DNA from: Chara braunii
Lineage: Eukaryota > Plantae > Charophyceae
Assembly: GCA_003427395.1 (NCBI GenBank)
Contig: BFEA01000016.1
Span: 3,984,377-4,037,658, forward strand
Direction: 5' to 3'
DNA length: 53,282 bases
The notes below the pieces were generated by a model, which was not told the origin of the DNA, did no database searches, and worked only from the letters and a program-made list of their open reading frames with translations. This document shows, piece by piece, positions 21,901 to 34,946 of the stretch; positions within the stretch are counted from its first letter, which is position 1; each line of letters starts with the position of its first letter. The position numbers and the translations under genes are program-made.

Positions 21901-24115
21901 GTAAGTACCCCCTGACCCACAAATTCTCCCATATCCTCCGATTCTCATACTGCTTGATAATACTCCACAAGATCCTTAGACATAAAATCCCATGTTGATT
22001 CTCAAAATTCCTTTGGGAGTCCGTCTATACCCGGGGACTTGTCCTCATCCATAAGTAAGAGGGTCTTCTAAACTTCCTCCTTAGCAATAGTTTTTTTCAT
22101 CAATATCTTCTGCTTTTCTGTTAGAGATTTGTTTAAAGGCACAAAAAAATCTTCCATTTCTAGAAGGCGTTGATCTCTAGGAATATGATTGTTTTGAGAA
22201 GTGAATAGAAATTTAAAAAAATCCCTAACTATTTTTGAACAAGCCACAGTCGATGTGACTAAACTATTATTTGGACCCGCTGAGTCTTCTAATGCCTCAA
22301 TTATGGTTCTCCCTGACTTAGCTTTGGCCATTGCAAAAAACCTAGCATCCATTGCACCTTCCATGTTCTGAATTTTGAGTTTACCCCTTATTCTTAGTCC
22401 TTGCCATCTATATTCCATATGGGTGAGAAGTTGAGCNNNNNNNNNNNNNNNNNNNNNNNNNNNNNNNNNNNNNNNNNNNNNNNNNNNNNNNNNNNNNNNN
22501 NNNNNNNNNNNNNNNNNNNNNNNNNNNNNNNNNNNNNNNNNNNNNNNNNNNNNNNNNNNNNNNNNNNNNNNNNNNNNNNNNNNNNNNNNNNNNNNNNNNN
22601 NNNNNNNNNNNNNNNNNNNNNNNNNNNNNNNNNNNNNNNNNNNNNNNNNNNNNNNNNNNNNNNNNNNNNNNNNNNNNNNNNNNNNNNNNNNNNNNNNNNN
22701 NNNNNNNNNNNNNNNNNNNNNNNNNNNNNNNNNNNNNNNNNNNNNNNNNNNNNNNNNNNNNNNNNNNNNNNNNNNNNNNNNNNNNNNNNNNNNNNNNNNN
22801 NNNNNNNNNNNNNNNNNNNNNNNNNNNNNNNNNNNNNNNNNNNNNNNNNNNNNNNNNNNNNAGCATCCATTGCACCTTCCATGTTCTGAATTTTGAGTTT
22901 ACCCCTTATTCTTAGTCCTTGCCATCTATATTCCATATGGGTGAGAAGTTGAGCTTCCAGACTTTGAAGTTCCTCTGCTATTAACTCAAGGATTTCTTGC
23001 TCTTCAGAATCTCTTTCCTTAATCTGTAGTTCTCGAATTTTGGTGTGAAGATTAGTTTCCTTTGAATGTTTTTCTTTTGCCAATAATTTATAATATTCAT
23101 TGCATTTACGNCCCATAAAAGCTAGACCGTTATTGAACCATTTAATGTCATCTTGGAGACACAATCTTTGNTCCATCCAAAAATTCCAAACATCCCGAAG
23201 ATAATTAACCAANCATTCCATCATGAGGTGCGAGGTATTTAGATGATAAAAATCTCTCCATTGGTCTGGCTTTTTTCTAAAAGACAAAATTACTACACAC
23301 ATAGCATGGTCCAGCCCAAGAAAATGACTTTTTGGGAAGATCTCAGCCAGTTGGAGAGCTCCCTGCAGTTCTTCGGCCATCAAGACCAAATCTATTCGCG
23401 ACTTTGAGTTGCATTTTGCAGTGCCCTTCCTAAAACACGAAAAGGCTATGGTCCGTGGGTTTAATCTCCTATAGGAGTCAAAAAGGTTAAGAGATTGACA
23501 TAATTCTGCAATTACTCTTTCGTCTTGTGTCATGTATGATGGGCATGGAGAGGGGGGACGCCATCTATCAAGATTATGATCTGGGGCCGCATTTAAGTCC
23601 CCTGCTATAATTAAGGGAATGCCTACTGGTAGGCGTGGAATAATATTTCCAAAGAATGTTTGTGTTTCCCTTAACTCATTTGGCCCATACACACATAGGA
23701 TTCCTACGATCTCTAGTTCCAACATTGCCAACACATACACCCACCTTTTTTGTTTCAAATCTGCCACTGAGTAGGCTATGTCCGCTCTTGAGTGAGGAGG
23801 AATCCAAATGGCCACCCAAGAACTCCCTGGAGTAATAGCATGCGCTCTATAGGATTGGTGAGGCCATATCTGCTTATGAAGGTAGTTATGCGTGTCTGAA
23901 TCCATTAAGTGAGTTTCCTTGATGCATATAACATCCGTCCACTCCTTACCGTCAATGCCCTTTAGTTGGTCATAAATCGCTTGTCTTTTGCTTAGTTTAG
24001 CCGAGGTCAACCCATTTACATTGAGAGTCCTTAGATCTAAGTTTGTCTGCCTTCTAAGCAATTTCCATTCTTTATCTTTGTTGTACAGAGCATCAATAAC
24101 TTTAATTTCTTCCAT
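18969..24115 (-). pseudogene. LINE B ORF2 (APE endonuclease, reverse transcriptase, zinc knuckle), disrupted
   Basis: LNVNGL, ICIKETH, IIAGDLNA, SRIDL, LDH; YRPITLL, DFEKVNDHVD, VRQGDP, LFADN; WCKIC...ETIEHIFVQC. Confidence 0.95.
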
Positions 24116-24174
24116 TAAAAAATTGCTTCAGCGATCTGAAAGACCGTACGAGAAAAAGTAAAAGGTTGGTTTGC

Positions 24175-27100
24175 CTACAAAATCTTCCACTGACCTGAAT
24201 CCAATACCCCCCCCTTCTCTATAATGCCGTGTTTGAGCACCCTAGCTAGAAGGACCCCCACATCCTCCTCTGACCAAAACAGTCCAACCTTAATTTTGAG
24301 TATCTTAACTTCTTTAAGAGCGTCCAGCCCAAACCATCTCAACTCATCGTGCTTGGTCCCTTCATACTTAACATACACATCTCTCTCTGCTATCCTTTGC
24401 TCCTCCATAGATAATGAAAGAATAGCTACTGCACCTGGAGGAAAATTTTCTTTTATAAATTTCTTTATTTCCAGTTTAATCCATGATTCCCCCGCCATTC
24501 CACCAGTTAGGGATACCAAAGACAGAAACTGCGGTCTAATACCATGCACCGTTATTTCTCCATACACCGCTCCCTAAGGTTCTGACAAACCTACTTGCCA
24601 ACAACCCCCTTTGCACCTGGCAGGTAAAATAACTATACCTGACTTTGACGGCGGTAGGTCCCCTTGTCCTTGAGCCATTTTTTGCTTGAGCTTTTGCCTT
24701 TTGCTGATGGTATTTAATTCCAATATTCTAAGGTCCTGCTTCTCCCCTTTCATGATTTCTTCTCTTACTTCCTCCCTCTCCTGCTCCTTGTCTACCAAGT
24801 TTCCTTCCTTTCCCATGGGTTGAGCAGATTTTCTTGCGAGCTGTCCCTCCAAAAACAAATATTTTCGTTCCCCCGTTATTTCAGATACAATTTCCTTCAC
24901 TCCCAGTATGGGGTTATCACTGCCTTGAGGAGGTGGTTTGGGAGAACTGTCTTCCTCACCTAAAGTTACACCACTGTCCATTTCTAGGGATTGAACCCCT
25001 TTAGGGGAATCTGCTGTCAAACCCTCTGCCGTATGCTGGAAAAGCAACATACCATACGGTGTTGGAACCAGATTGTTGCCAGCTAACTGCAGAACGACCC
25101 CCGACAGACTGAGAAACAATTCATTATGATCCAATGTCTTTTCCTAAATTGCAGCAGTAACCACCACATCCCTTGTTGAGTTTTTTTTTTGGGGAACAGT
25201 AGGAGGAACTACTTGAGTCTGGGAATCCACCCTGCTCACTATTCTCATATCCCTGATTAAAAGTTGGGATTGCAAGTCCTGCACCGGTACAATACTCGAA
25301 GGTATCCCTTGGGAGCACTCCGTTGTTTTTGAATCACATTTCAGCTTTTTAGCACAAATACCCTCTTGCTGTTCCAGCGCTTCCAAAGAATTACTTGTGG
25401 GCTGCCAAAGACCAACCATTTTCTGCTGTTCAGACTTGTGTTTTTTTTTGTTTTTTTTTTTTCAATTTTTTTGTAGTCCTTGGATTGTCTCTTGAGTTTG
25501 AAATTGGATCTGCTGGGAGTAAGAACCAGATGCTTGAGACTATTACGAGGAGAACCACGGTTGGCTGCTGAAAACAACTTCCTATTACCAGGAATTTTTT
25601 TCCCAACACTTCCCACAGTAGACTTTATTTCCTTTATACTTTTATTGAACTTGGACTAGGTTTTTTGCTTCCTAGCAAGTGTTTTGATTCTCCTCAGACT
25701 GCCAGTCCGTGTTTCAGCCCTCTAATCGTTTGCAGTCCCTTCCCCCTTTTCACCCTCTAGTGGAGATGAACCCTTTGGAGTATCTTGCGAATTGCCACTT
25801 GTTAGAAAGAGGGAAAGAAACTTCTCAGTTACAACACTTAATAGTCTATGGCTCGTGGTGGACCAATCTGAGCCATGTGGTAGGCCATATTGCAGTGTCA
25901 GCTTCAAACTCTCACTGTTCACCAATACCAACATCAAGTGATCACGAAACTGTAACCAAAATTCATCGTTCCGTTTTGGAAATCTGGACTTTAGATTCAA
26001 GATCAGCCAATCCCCCTGCTTTGTTAATTCCAAATGAAGATCACTCCCCCCTTCTTTGGGGTTGTCAAAAAATGACGAAAGCTGGGGAATCACAAATGGA
26101 GCAGATTCCACGTCCATGGGCTCTGTACTCAAAGCCACTTTGAGAGGATCAATATCCATTGGCTGATTAGCTTGTTCCTCAACAGATTTAAAAGACTGAT
26201 CTATGAGGTTTCCTTCCCTTCCTTCCTTCGACATTGAACAACTATCAATTTTTTCGTTGATGTTCTTTTGTCCCTTCCTACTTACTACCCTCCATTCCAT
26301 ACTCCGAACCTGGTTTGAGCTGGGGAGATAGCTCAATGGATCTGGACCCACTGACCTTGCTCCTTCTCCCCTCACCACCTGAACTTGACCTTGATTATTT
26401 TTTGTGTGTGCATTGTTAAATCAACTTAAATGCTTGTTGTTTAGCCTGTTCGAGTATTTTTTTTCACCCCCAGAGAGCCTGCATTCTTTCCCTTAGTGTT
26501 TTCTGGAGTTGTTGTCTTAGTGATAATAGGGGCTTGCTCCTGTACTTTTTGTTGTTGAAGGGGTAGAGGGGTTGAAGACGCTTGTGCTATTTGCTGTCCC
26601 CCTCTTTCCCCCCCTCCACCCCTGCGTTGTTGCTGAAACTGGTGCAACTGAGGAGGAAGCCAATCCTGAGGCGGACGTGGAGGTTTCCTCGTATCGTTCC
26701 TTCCTTCCCAAAACCATCCAATTGGATGACCCACTTGATTGAGTTCATCACTGTAAACCCATCCTTCGTATCCCTGCATTACCGGGGTCCACCTGTTCGG
26801 TCTATGTTGGTCCTTTTTCATCTTCTGCTCCATGGTAAAAGCGTGCTGTGGATGGAGCGGACAAACGAATTCCCCACTAAGATGCCCATAGGCCTTACAC
26901 TTAAAACACCATGGTCGGAATTTGTGGGTCGTATGGATCTGGTAAACTCTTCCTCCCATCCTGAATGGGATGATATCATCAGGAGAAAAGGGTTGATCCT
27001 TCGGTAGATCTAAGACCATCATCAAGTAGTTATCCCGTTTGGCAACATACGTCGGCAGCGGATCAATAAAGTCTACTATCTTGTACTGCTGACCGAAATC

Positions 27101-27380
27101 GTGAATGAAGGCCGCTTGAATATCGATTGGTATGTGCCTCAATTCTACCCAATAGAATTCTTTCATTAATTGATCCCTTTTTTCTTCCGGACCCATTTTT
27201 TTTGGCAACCAGGGGTAGATTCTAACTTCTGACCCATCCCATTTCAATTTCTTTCAATTGTCCATCTGTTGTTTGTCTTTCTCAAAAAGGCTGATCACTG
27301 TGAAGACTGTAGGTGACAATGGTTGAATAAAAAAAAATTCAAAAACTGCATCTGGCCCATCTTTCATAGATTCCAACCTG
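24175..27380 (-). pseudogene. LINE B ORF1 remnant (zinc knuckle, helical mid domain, C-terminal globular domain)
   Basis: YWVELRHIP and PWCFKCKAYGHL are typical of plant L1 ORF1; later blocks align with copies C and D. Confidence 0.85.
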
Positions 27381-27589
27381 GATGGACTATACAGCTAACG
27401 GCTATCGCACCCAAATGTCTGTGTAAACAAAGAAACATGTTGTTCTGGGACGCTGGACCTGGTTTCCATCAAGTGCAGCTCCCCACCAATAGATGGAGCC
27501 TCCCCGAGAGTGATAGCGGTGTCTGCTCTTATCAGCTCCCCTACCACTACCTCGGGTTGTTCTGATAAAAAAAAAAACAAAAAAAAAAA
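27381..27589 (+). mobile_element. Inverted LINE-type 3' tail fragment with poly(A), fused to the 5' end of B
   Basis: Hairpin module at 27447-27555, A tail at 27566-27589; no TSD of its own. Confidence 0.85.
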
Positions 27590-30500
27590 TGGTGGGAACG
27601 GGTCTGGGAAGTCCGAGAGTGGCCGAAGTGCGATTGCTGGGTCAAGTACTGTCCATTCGTGGAAGCAGAGCTGAGACTGCTTGTGAGCCGTTCCTTGCCC
27701 TTCTCTCTCTTTCACCATCCCCAATCCCCCCCCGTTTGTTCCCCCAAGCCAGTTGCCACTGAATTGTTGGATAATTCGTTGAATTTCCTTTGAGTCGTGA
27801 AGTGTGGAGATCCGACTTTTCACCTGTTCCCACTGGGTGGAGATATCCGCTTGAACCTGTTGTTTGATAGTATCTGTAAATTATGGTCCATCTAGTCTGA
27901 CTTTCTCCATCTCGTGGGTGCAACGCCTCCACCACAGAGCCCACATTACTGTCCTGCGTCCTATTTTGAAAAGGTTGTGCGAGAAAGTGTCTAGCTGGGG
28001 TGGATGTCAGGATTCGCAGAGGATAGCTCTCCAGTCCATTGCCATGGGCAACTGGTGCCGAGTTGATTCCATATTCGGTCCCACCACCTCCATAGTCAGA
28101 CTGCCCCCGGGCATTGAAGGAAGATATGTTCAATTGTCTCCGGGAGTTTCCTGGCAGGGAAGACCGAGGTACAAAATTTGCACCAGGGAAGTGCAAGTCC
28201 TCTTTGTTCAAGGGACGATCGGTTTATAATCCAGTCGTTGGTTGGTAGACAACGATGGTGTATTTGCCTACTTTGGCGGGTTTAGCTCGTATCCCTTGGA
28301 ACTACTTGATTGGTTGCAGTGACTCTTTGCCGACGTTGAGCTGTCTCCTCCATCTGTCTTCCACCTGGTCTTTGAGGTGGGTCTTAGGCCTTAGCATTCT
28401 ATAGGTGGATTTGACCGATAGGTTATGTAGGGCTCGGGTGCACTTCCTACCATTTCCTGTTGTGTTAGACCAGGTCCAGTTGATGGGGTCGAAAGGGAGG
28501 TTGGCAATAGGTGTGCTCGGTTTGAAGGCCATCCATCCATCTTTGAGTTGTACAACTCTTATCTGGAATAGCAGGTTGTCCCGAACCAATTCCATTATTT
28601 CAGGTTGGGGTCTGTGTAGTATGTTGTCCTCGCCAAGCCTGAAGAGGCTGAGTAGGGATTTCCCTTGCGGGTGTCTGACTACTATGCTGCCCACCCATTG
28701 GGGCTTCCCTTGTATGGCCACCCTGTCGCTCTCCTGCATGTTGGGGCCTTTTCGCAGGATCCAGACCCAATCCAGGGGGATCATTTCGATTATTTCATCG
28801 AGTACTTCTTTCGAGTGATGGCATTAGCGTAGCTTAGTTCTTATCTCCTCTGGGGGGAGCCAGTTCTTGGTTGTTTGGTCCCAGATGTCCCCTACTCTCA
28901 TTATTCCTCTTGCTACCCATCCTCGCCATGGCGAGTCCATACAATGCGAAGATTGCCCCAGGGAATCTTTGATCCATCTGTTATTGAAGAGGGTTTGCTG
29001 GCAGACCTCTTCCCATCTTGCTGGGGGGGGTTTGTCGGAGAGGGGTAGTTTGCGCCAAATTTTCAGAAGGTTGGGCCAGAACGAGTCTCTCCTGATGTCC
29101 GCTCTCATAGCCTGTCGGTCAAATGTCCATGGGGGAGCCGGTGGGTGGGGGGTCCCCCGCGGAATTGTCCATGACCTATTCTCCAACCACATCATAGGGT
29201 CGATGCCAGTTGGAGTGTGAGGCGCTAATCTCGTTATTTGCTCTAGCGCCAAGGCTGCCCATGGGGTCTGTGGGTTGAAAATTAGTTTTTTGATCCATTG
29301 TACAGCGAGTGTTTGAGTCTGTGTCAATGGGTCGATGATTCCGAGTCCTCCCTTTGATTTGGGCTGGATTATTGACTACTATGCCACTCTGCTGATAACA
29401 TTTGTGTGCTCGTGGTTACCTCTCCACAAATAAGTTGCAGCTTGTCTCTGGAGCGGCCGAAAGGCTTCCTTGTCCAGTGCCCAGATTGCTGATCTGTACC
29501 AGAGTGATGCTAGGACCACGTTGTTTATCACCAGCGTCCGGCCTAGAAGGGATGTGTGTTTGTCTTTCCAAGCTGTTAGTTTTTCCAGTGCCGGTTGCGA
29601 TATCCATTCATTGTTGGTAGTCGGTCTTCCTTCAGCTGTGAGGGAGACCCCCAAAATACGGATGGGGGCCTCCACGAACATCCACTTCACCCGCGAGAGT
29701 TCTGGGGGTCCGACTTCCTGATGATGTATCCACCATCCTAAGGTTTTGTTGTCCCAGTTAATTTTCATGCCTGATAGTGTGCAAAATTTGCTCATCATAG
29801 CTTGGATTTCTTTTAAGTTTGATGTTGATGCCTCCACCATTAGGGAGAGGTCGTCAGCAAGTAGGGAGCAAACACGGATGACCTCTTCTGGGATTGACGC
29901 TACCTGGATCTTTTTGATGTCTTTGTGTGTCCTCAGGTTAGAGGTCAGAGCTTCCATAATGATAACAAAGAGAAAGGGGGCAATCGGATCGCCTTGGCGT
30001 ACCTACCGTTGCAGAAAGATGGGTGGTGTCAGGTTAACGTTGACCATTACTCGTGTTGTGGCGTTATTGTGCAAGATCTTCATCCATCTCCGGAAGCAAG
30101 GTCCGAAATTGGATTTTTCCAGACATTTGTCTAAGAAAAGTCAGTCGACATGATCGTAGGCTTTCTCAAAATCAATGAATATGAAGGCTGCGTTATGCTT
30201 TGATTGGCGAGACAACTTTATGAGTTCGTTGATGAGTAGAGTGTTATCCTGTATGTTCTTTTCTGCAATAAAGCTTGTTTGTGTCGGGTGGATTATGTTT
30301 GCTATTACCTTTGTCAGTCGGTTGACCAGCGCCTTGACCGCCATCTCGTAGACTACTGTGAGTAGAGTGATTGGCCGACAATTCCATATATTGTTATTCT
30401 CCCCTTTTTTATATAACAGGGTCAGTATACCTTGTCCCACCAATTCGCCCATCCTCCCAGACGTCCATACTGCCTTGTAGAAATCCATAAAGTCTTGTGG

Positions 30501-32073
30501 CAGGAAGTCCCACAATGATTCCCATAACTCTTTGGGGAGACCATCTATGCCTGGAGTCTTTTCCTCATCCATGAGCATGAGGGCTGACCATATTTCATCT
30601 TTGGTAAGGGGGTGCTCCAGGGAGTCCCTTTGCTGTTCAGTTAGGGAGGCATTTAGAGGGCGGAGGAACTCTTCTATTTCTTTTATTCGCTGATAGTCCG
30701 GTATGTGAGCGCATTCAAAGGTGAAAAGTTTCTTATAGAATTCTCTGACTATGAATGTGCATTCCGGTGTGGAGGTGACTAGCGATCCTTGGGGTTGTTT
30801 TGGGTCGGCCAGGGCCTCTATGACTGACCTCCCAGATCCTACTTTAGCCATCGCGAAAAATCTAGCATCCATGGTTTCCTCCATCTGGTGTCGCCTGAGC
30901 TTGCCTCGGATGTGTGTTCCTTGCCAGCGGCGTTCCATGTGTACGAGAAGTTGGTCCTCCAGGTCTCGGGATTCTTGAGCAAGAGCTTGTAGTAGTTCGT
31001 TGTTTCCTGTGTCAGTTTCTTGTTGCTCCAGGTGATGCATTCTATTGTAGATACGAATTTCAGCAGCGTGACGCTGGGCGGCTAGCAGTTTAGAATATTC
31101 ATTGCACTTGCGGCTCAGGTATGCCAGGACATTGTTGAACCACAGGATCTCGTCTTGAAGCAGATCTCTCTGGTCTCTCCAGAAGGACCAAACTTCTTTG
31201 AGGTAACAGGGATGTGTTCAGTTTGTAAAACCCCTTGCCTTGGCTTGGCTTCCTTCTAAAGGTGAGGATGACCACACACATTGCATGGTCCAGACCAGGG
31301 AAGGGGCTGTGATGAAATATCTCCGCTATCTGCAAGGCCCCTTGTAGTTCCTCTAACAGCAGGATGAGATCAATGCTTGCGGAAGCATGTGAACTTGCGT
31401 TGGGTTGGGAACGTTCTTCGGTAGGAGTCAAAAATGTTTAGCGTTTGGCTTAGGTCCACTATGATGTGCTCGTCTGTTTCAATATATGAGGGGCAGGGAG
31501 ATGAGAGATTACAACGATCCATATGCCTATCTGGAGTTGCGTTGAAGTCACCTGCTATAATTGCAGGGATTCCGACTGGTAGTTTCGTTTTCAAACGAAG
31601 AAGGTACGTCGCTCCTTGGCCTCGTTTGGGGTGTAGATGCAGAGAACTCACACTACTAATTCTAGCATAGCCAATAGAAATGTCCATCTCCCTTCGCTCT
31701 GGCCTGTTTCCCAGTTGAGCGGTTCCACCCTTGATCCTGAGGTTATCCATATGGCAACACCCGCACTTCCTGGTTTGGGTGCATGTGCGCGGTAGGCTTG
31801 GTGAGGTCATATTTCCTTATGAATCCGGTTGTGTTCCGCTCTGTCCATCAGATGTGTTTCCTGTATACAGATAATGTATGACCATTCCTTCCCTTCTACC
31901 CCCTTTAGTTGTTCGTAGATCGCGCGTCTTTTGGGGAGTTTGGATGTGGCCAGCCCGTTAACATTTAGTGAGCGTAAGTCGAGGTCAGTTGCCCTTTTTG
32001 TAATCTCCATTCTTTGTCCTTGTTATAAAAGGACTCCACCACGTTCACGCTCTTCATACTTCTTTCCTTCCAT
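27590..32073 (-). pseudogene. LINE C ORF2 (EN, RT, zinc knuckle), disrupted
   Basis: SLNVNGL, ICIQETH, IIAGDFNA, GLDH, CRPITLL, DFEKAYDHVD, VRQGDP, LLADD, ETIEHIFLQC; ends at PLSDFPDPFPP at the insertion junction. Confidence 0.95.
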
Positions 32074-32089
32074 TTTGTGTTTCAATGGC

Positions 32090-33786
32090 TTATATGGCTT
32101 GCCACATCCCGGTGTCCAGCGGGCTGCCGTTTTCCAGTGTGCCCAGTCTCAGCAGTCTAGTCAGAATGGTGGCTGCATCTGCCTCTGACCAGTACTTGCT
32201 GGCTTTCAAGCTGAGGTGCTGCAATTCACTTAGTGCAAAGTGGGTAAACCACCTAAGCTCTACCTGCTTCGTATGGTCATCTTTTACATAGGCGACCTGC
32301 TCTGCAACCTTATGGGCCTCATTGTCCAAGATCAAAACTGCGGTTCCTCCCTGGGGCAGGCACTCTTGGATGTATTCCGTGATGTCTTCCTTTAACAGAG
32401 CTTTGGCTGGGATGGTATACGGGTGGAGGAAGCATGAGGTAGTACCCCAGATAGTGACTTCTCCATGTGTGGTCCCCGGAGGCTCAGATAGACCGGCTTC
32501 CCAAGCTCCGTCTCTGTATCTAACAGGCAGGACCAAGATCCCTTTCCGGGGTGGAGGTCGGTCCCCGTGGCTTTTGGTTAGTGGCTGGAGAAGTTTTTGT
32601 CTTTTGCTCGTCAACTCCTGGTCAGGAGGGTCTGGGGAGGAGGGCCGCGGAGGCGGGGGGTCTTTTGAGGGGGAGTCACCAACTGGTCTAGCTGGCAGGG
32701 CTAAGCACAGTCGGCGGTGGCGGGTGTCTTTCGGCGGGCTTGGTTCTGAGTGCAAGTTCTTCTGCGAAATTTTAGTTCTTGCTTTTGGTTAGTTTCACCC
32801 GCGTTACGTTGTGTGCCTTCCTCTCTTAATGTTTCCCCCATTTCCTCCTCTTCCTCTCTCAATGTTTCCACCATTTCCCCGGTTGGTTCCGTGTTTAATT
32901 GTCCTTGTTCCTCCCCTTTTCCTTTTTCCTCTCGGTGTAACTTCGTCCCTGTTGTTGTCTAAGTCGGCTCTACCTTTGTAGTGTCAGTCCCTGTTTGGCC
33001 TATCTGTTCCACTGTTGTCTGTGTCGGGTCGCCGTTGTCCTCCCCCCGTTGATTGTGTTCCCTTCTTGTAGTGTCAGATTGTTCTGAGGTAGTTGTTGTT
33101 CCTATGTGTTCAGGTGGGATAAAACGTGTGATTACCACCGTTAGGACATGGTGGCAGGTCTGGTTCTAGTCCTCCTTACCTGGGAGACCTCACAATAGGA
33201 CATTCTTGAGACTGTCGCTGTTTTCTAGCATCGGGACCATCTGACGGTAGGTGTCATCCCAGAAGGTCTCTGAGAGTCAATTGAATCTTTTGCGCAGGTT
33301 GTCGAGGAGCCAGCTTGCCACGTCCTCCAGGTCGATGGTGGAATGTGTTTCCCCTGTGGCCGTTTCTGTAGGTGATACTTCTGGCGGGGGGGGGGGGTCA
33401 TTCGGAGCCGGGTCTATCTCCATCGGGTCTGTGCCGAAGATTTCCATGGGCTTGGGCCCCCCTTTGTCCTCCTGTTCCCACGACCTCTCTTGATCTGTTT
33501 GTTTTCGTACCTCTCCCCGATCTTTTCCTTGATACAAAACAGCTCCTTTCCCCACCCCCCTGTCTTCTGTATCATTTGTAGGGAGGGCTCGGTCCAACCC
33601 CTTTTTGGTCTCGGCATGTCCCATCTCCGTCTGTGTGCCTTCCTTGGGCAAGTACTTGCCCGCTGATGGTTCAGGTCTTCGGGGCTCTTTGTGATCTTGT
33701 TTTTTTTTTTTTTGTTGCACTTTCCTGATCGGGGGTGGATCCGTCTGTCCACCTGGTGGGATAGGATTTTTAAGCTTACCTGATTG
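32090..33786 (-). pseudogene. LINE C ORF1, C-terminal half
   Basis: VASWLLDNLRKRFN block and GILVLPVRYRDGAWEAGL...ELRWF...MWQAI* align with B and D. Confidence 0.85.
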
Positions 33787-34381
33787 CCCACAGTAGTCAC
33801 TCTCCCTCCTCGATCGGATAGGATTGCTCGACACAGTCGGCCAACAGAAGTCAACGAGAGTCAGGAGTCATGGTATGACCCCTTCGGCGCACATTCCACC
33901 ATCAACCCTTTGCGCCCTGACCAGGTCGTCCTCAAGTTTTGGCGGCGGCTCTGTATTTTTTCCGGAGCTGCGTTAGTGATCCCCCAACGCTCGAACGCTG
34001 CATTGGGCCAGGAAAAATTATCAGTACAACTTGCTCTCCGCCCCTTCTCAATGAGGAGTAGGTGGAAAGCTAAGCTGGGTAAAGTTCTCAGTTTGATTCG
34101 ATGAGATATGATAGCTAGTAGGCATTCTGGTTTCCTTGGAACTGTTGTAGGTTGTTGTAGGGCGTCTTGTTCTCCAAAAAAAATAAAAAAAAAATAAAAA
34201 AAAATCAAACAAACAAACAAACAAACTGTAGCAGATAAAAAACTAATAACAAGAAAAGGAAAATCGACCAGAAACAACGAGGATATAGCCCTTTCTGTAT
34301 AGCCTTAGGAGCAGTGGTAGGTAGGCAGTCAAAAGGGCGGGAAATCATTTGAGAGAGGAATATAGTAGTCTAGCTGTTCTC

Positions 34382-34510
<129 letters not shown>

Positions 34511-34946
34511 CGGGTATATGGGAATCTTAGGGGTATGTACCCTGCAGAAATTACAGTCCATCCATTGAGGGATCTCTGCTTGTTTTGGGTCGGCCATCGC
34601 TGATGTAAACTACTACCGGTAGGGTTCGGATTCCAATCCCACTTAGCAATACCAACAGCTCTTTGCCGGAGTCTGAGGAACTGCTGGAGGAGCGCTAAAT
34701 GGTACCGGCGCTGCGACGGGCTCGTGGCGAGAGGGGTACCAGCCGGCCAAGGAACGAAGAGGTGACGACGTGTCTTCAACGGGAGAGCGCGGCTATGGCG
34801 TAAAGCCAATACGGTCAGCACTGGGCGAGGGAGAAACCTGTCACGGGGGGCAGCGTACCCCGTGTCTCGGAGGGCTTCTCACGGAGCTTGCCGCTTCTGG
34901 GTAGGCGACAACACTGATTTGAAGACAAGTACACCAACGAGTCAAT

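Larger units (their letters stand above)
18652..27380 (-). mobile_element. LINE copy B (5' truncated early in ORF1; 3' end presumably in gap 18157-18651)
   Basis: ORF1 and ORF2 remnants; 3' UTR hairpins at 18679-18702 and 18738-18761. Confidence 0.9.
17508..33786 (-). mobile_element. LINE copy C (5' truncated within ORF1), containing nested LINE B
   Basis: Perfect 17 bp TSD cccacagtagtcactct at 17491-17507 and 33787-33803; coding part 33786-27590; matching 3' UTR and poly(A) at 18156-17508, colinear with the 3' UTR of D. Confidence 0.85.

Noticed and set aside
34607-34620. Candidate TSD for LINE D (aaactactaccggt vs aaatactgccgcgt at 44391)
   Set aside because: Needs two indels and a mismatch in 15 bp
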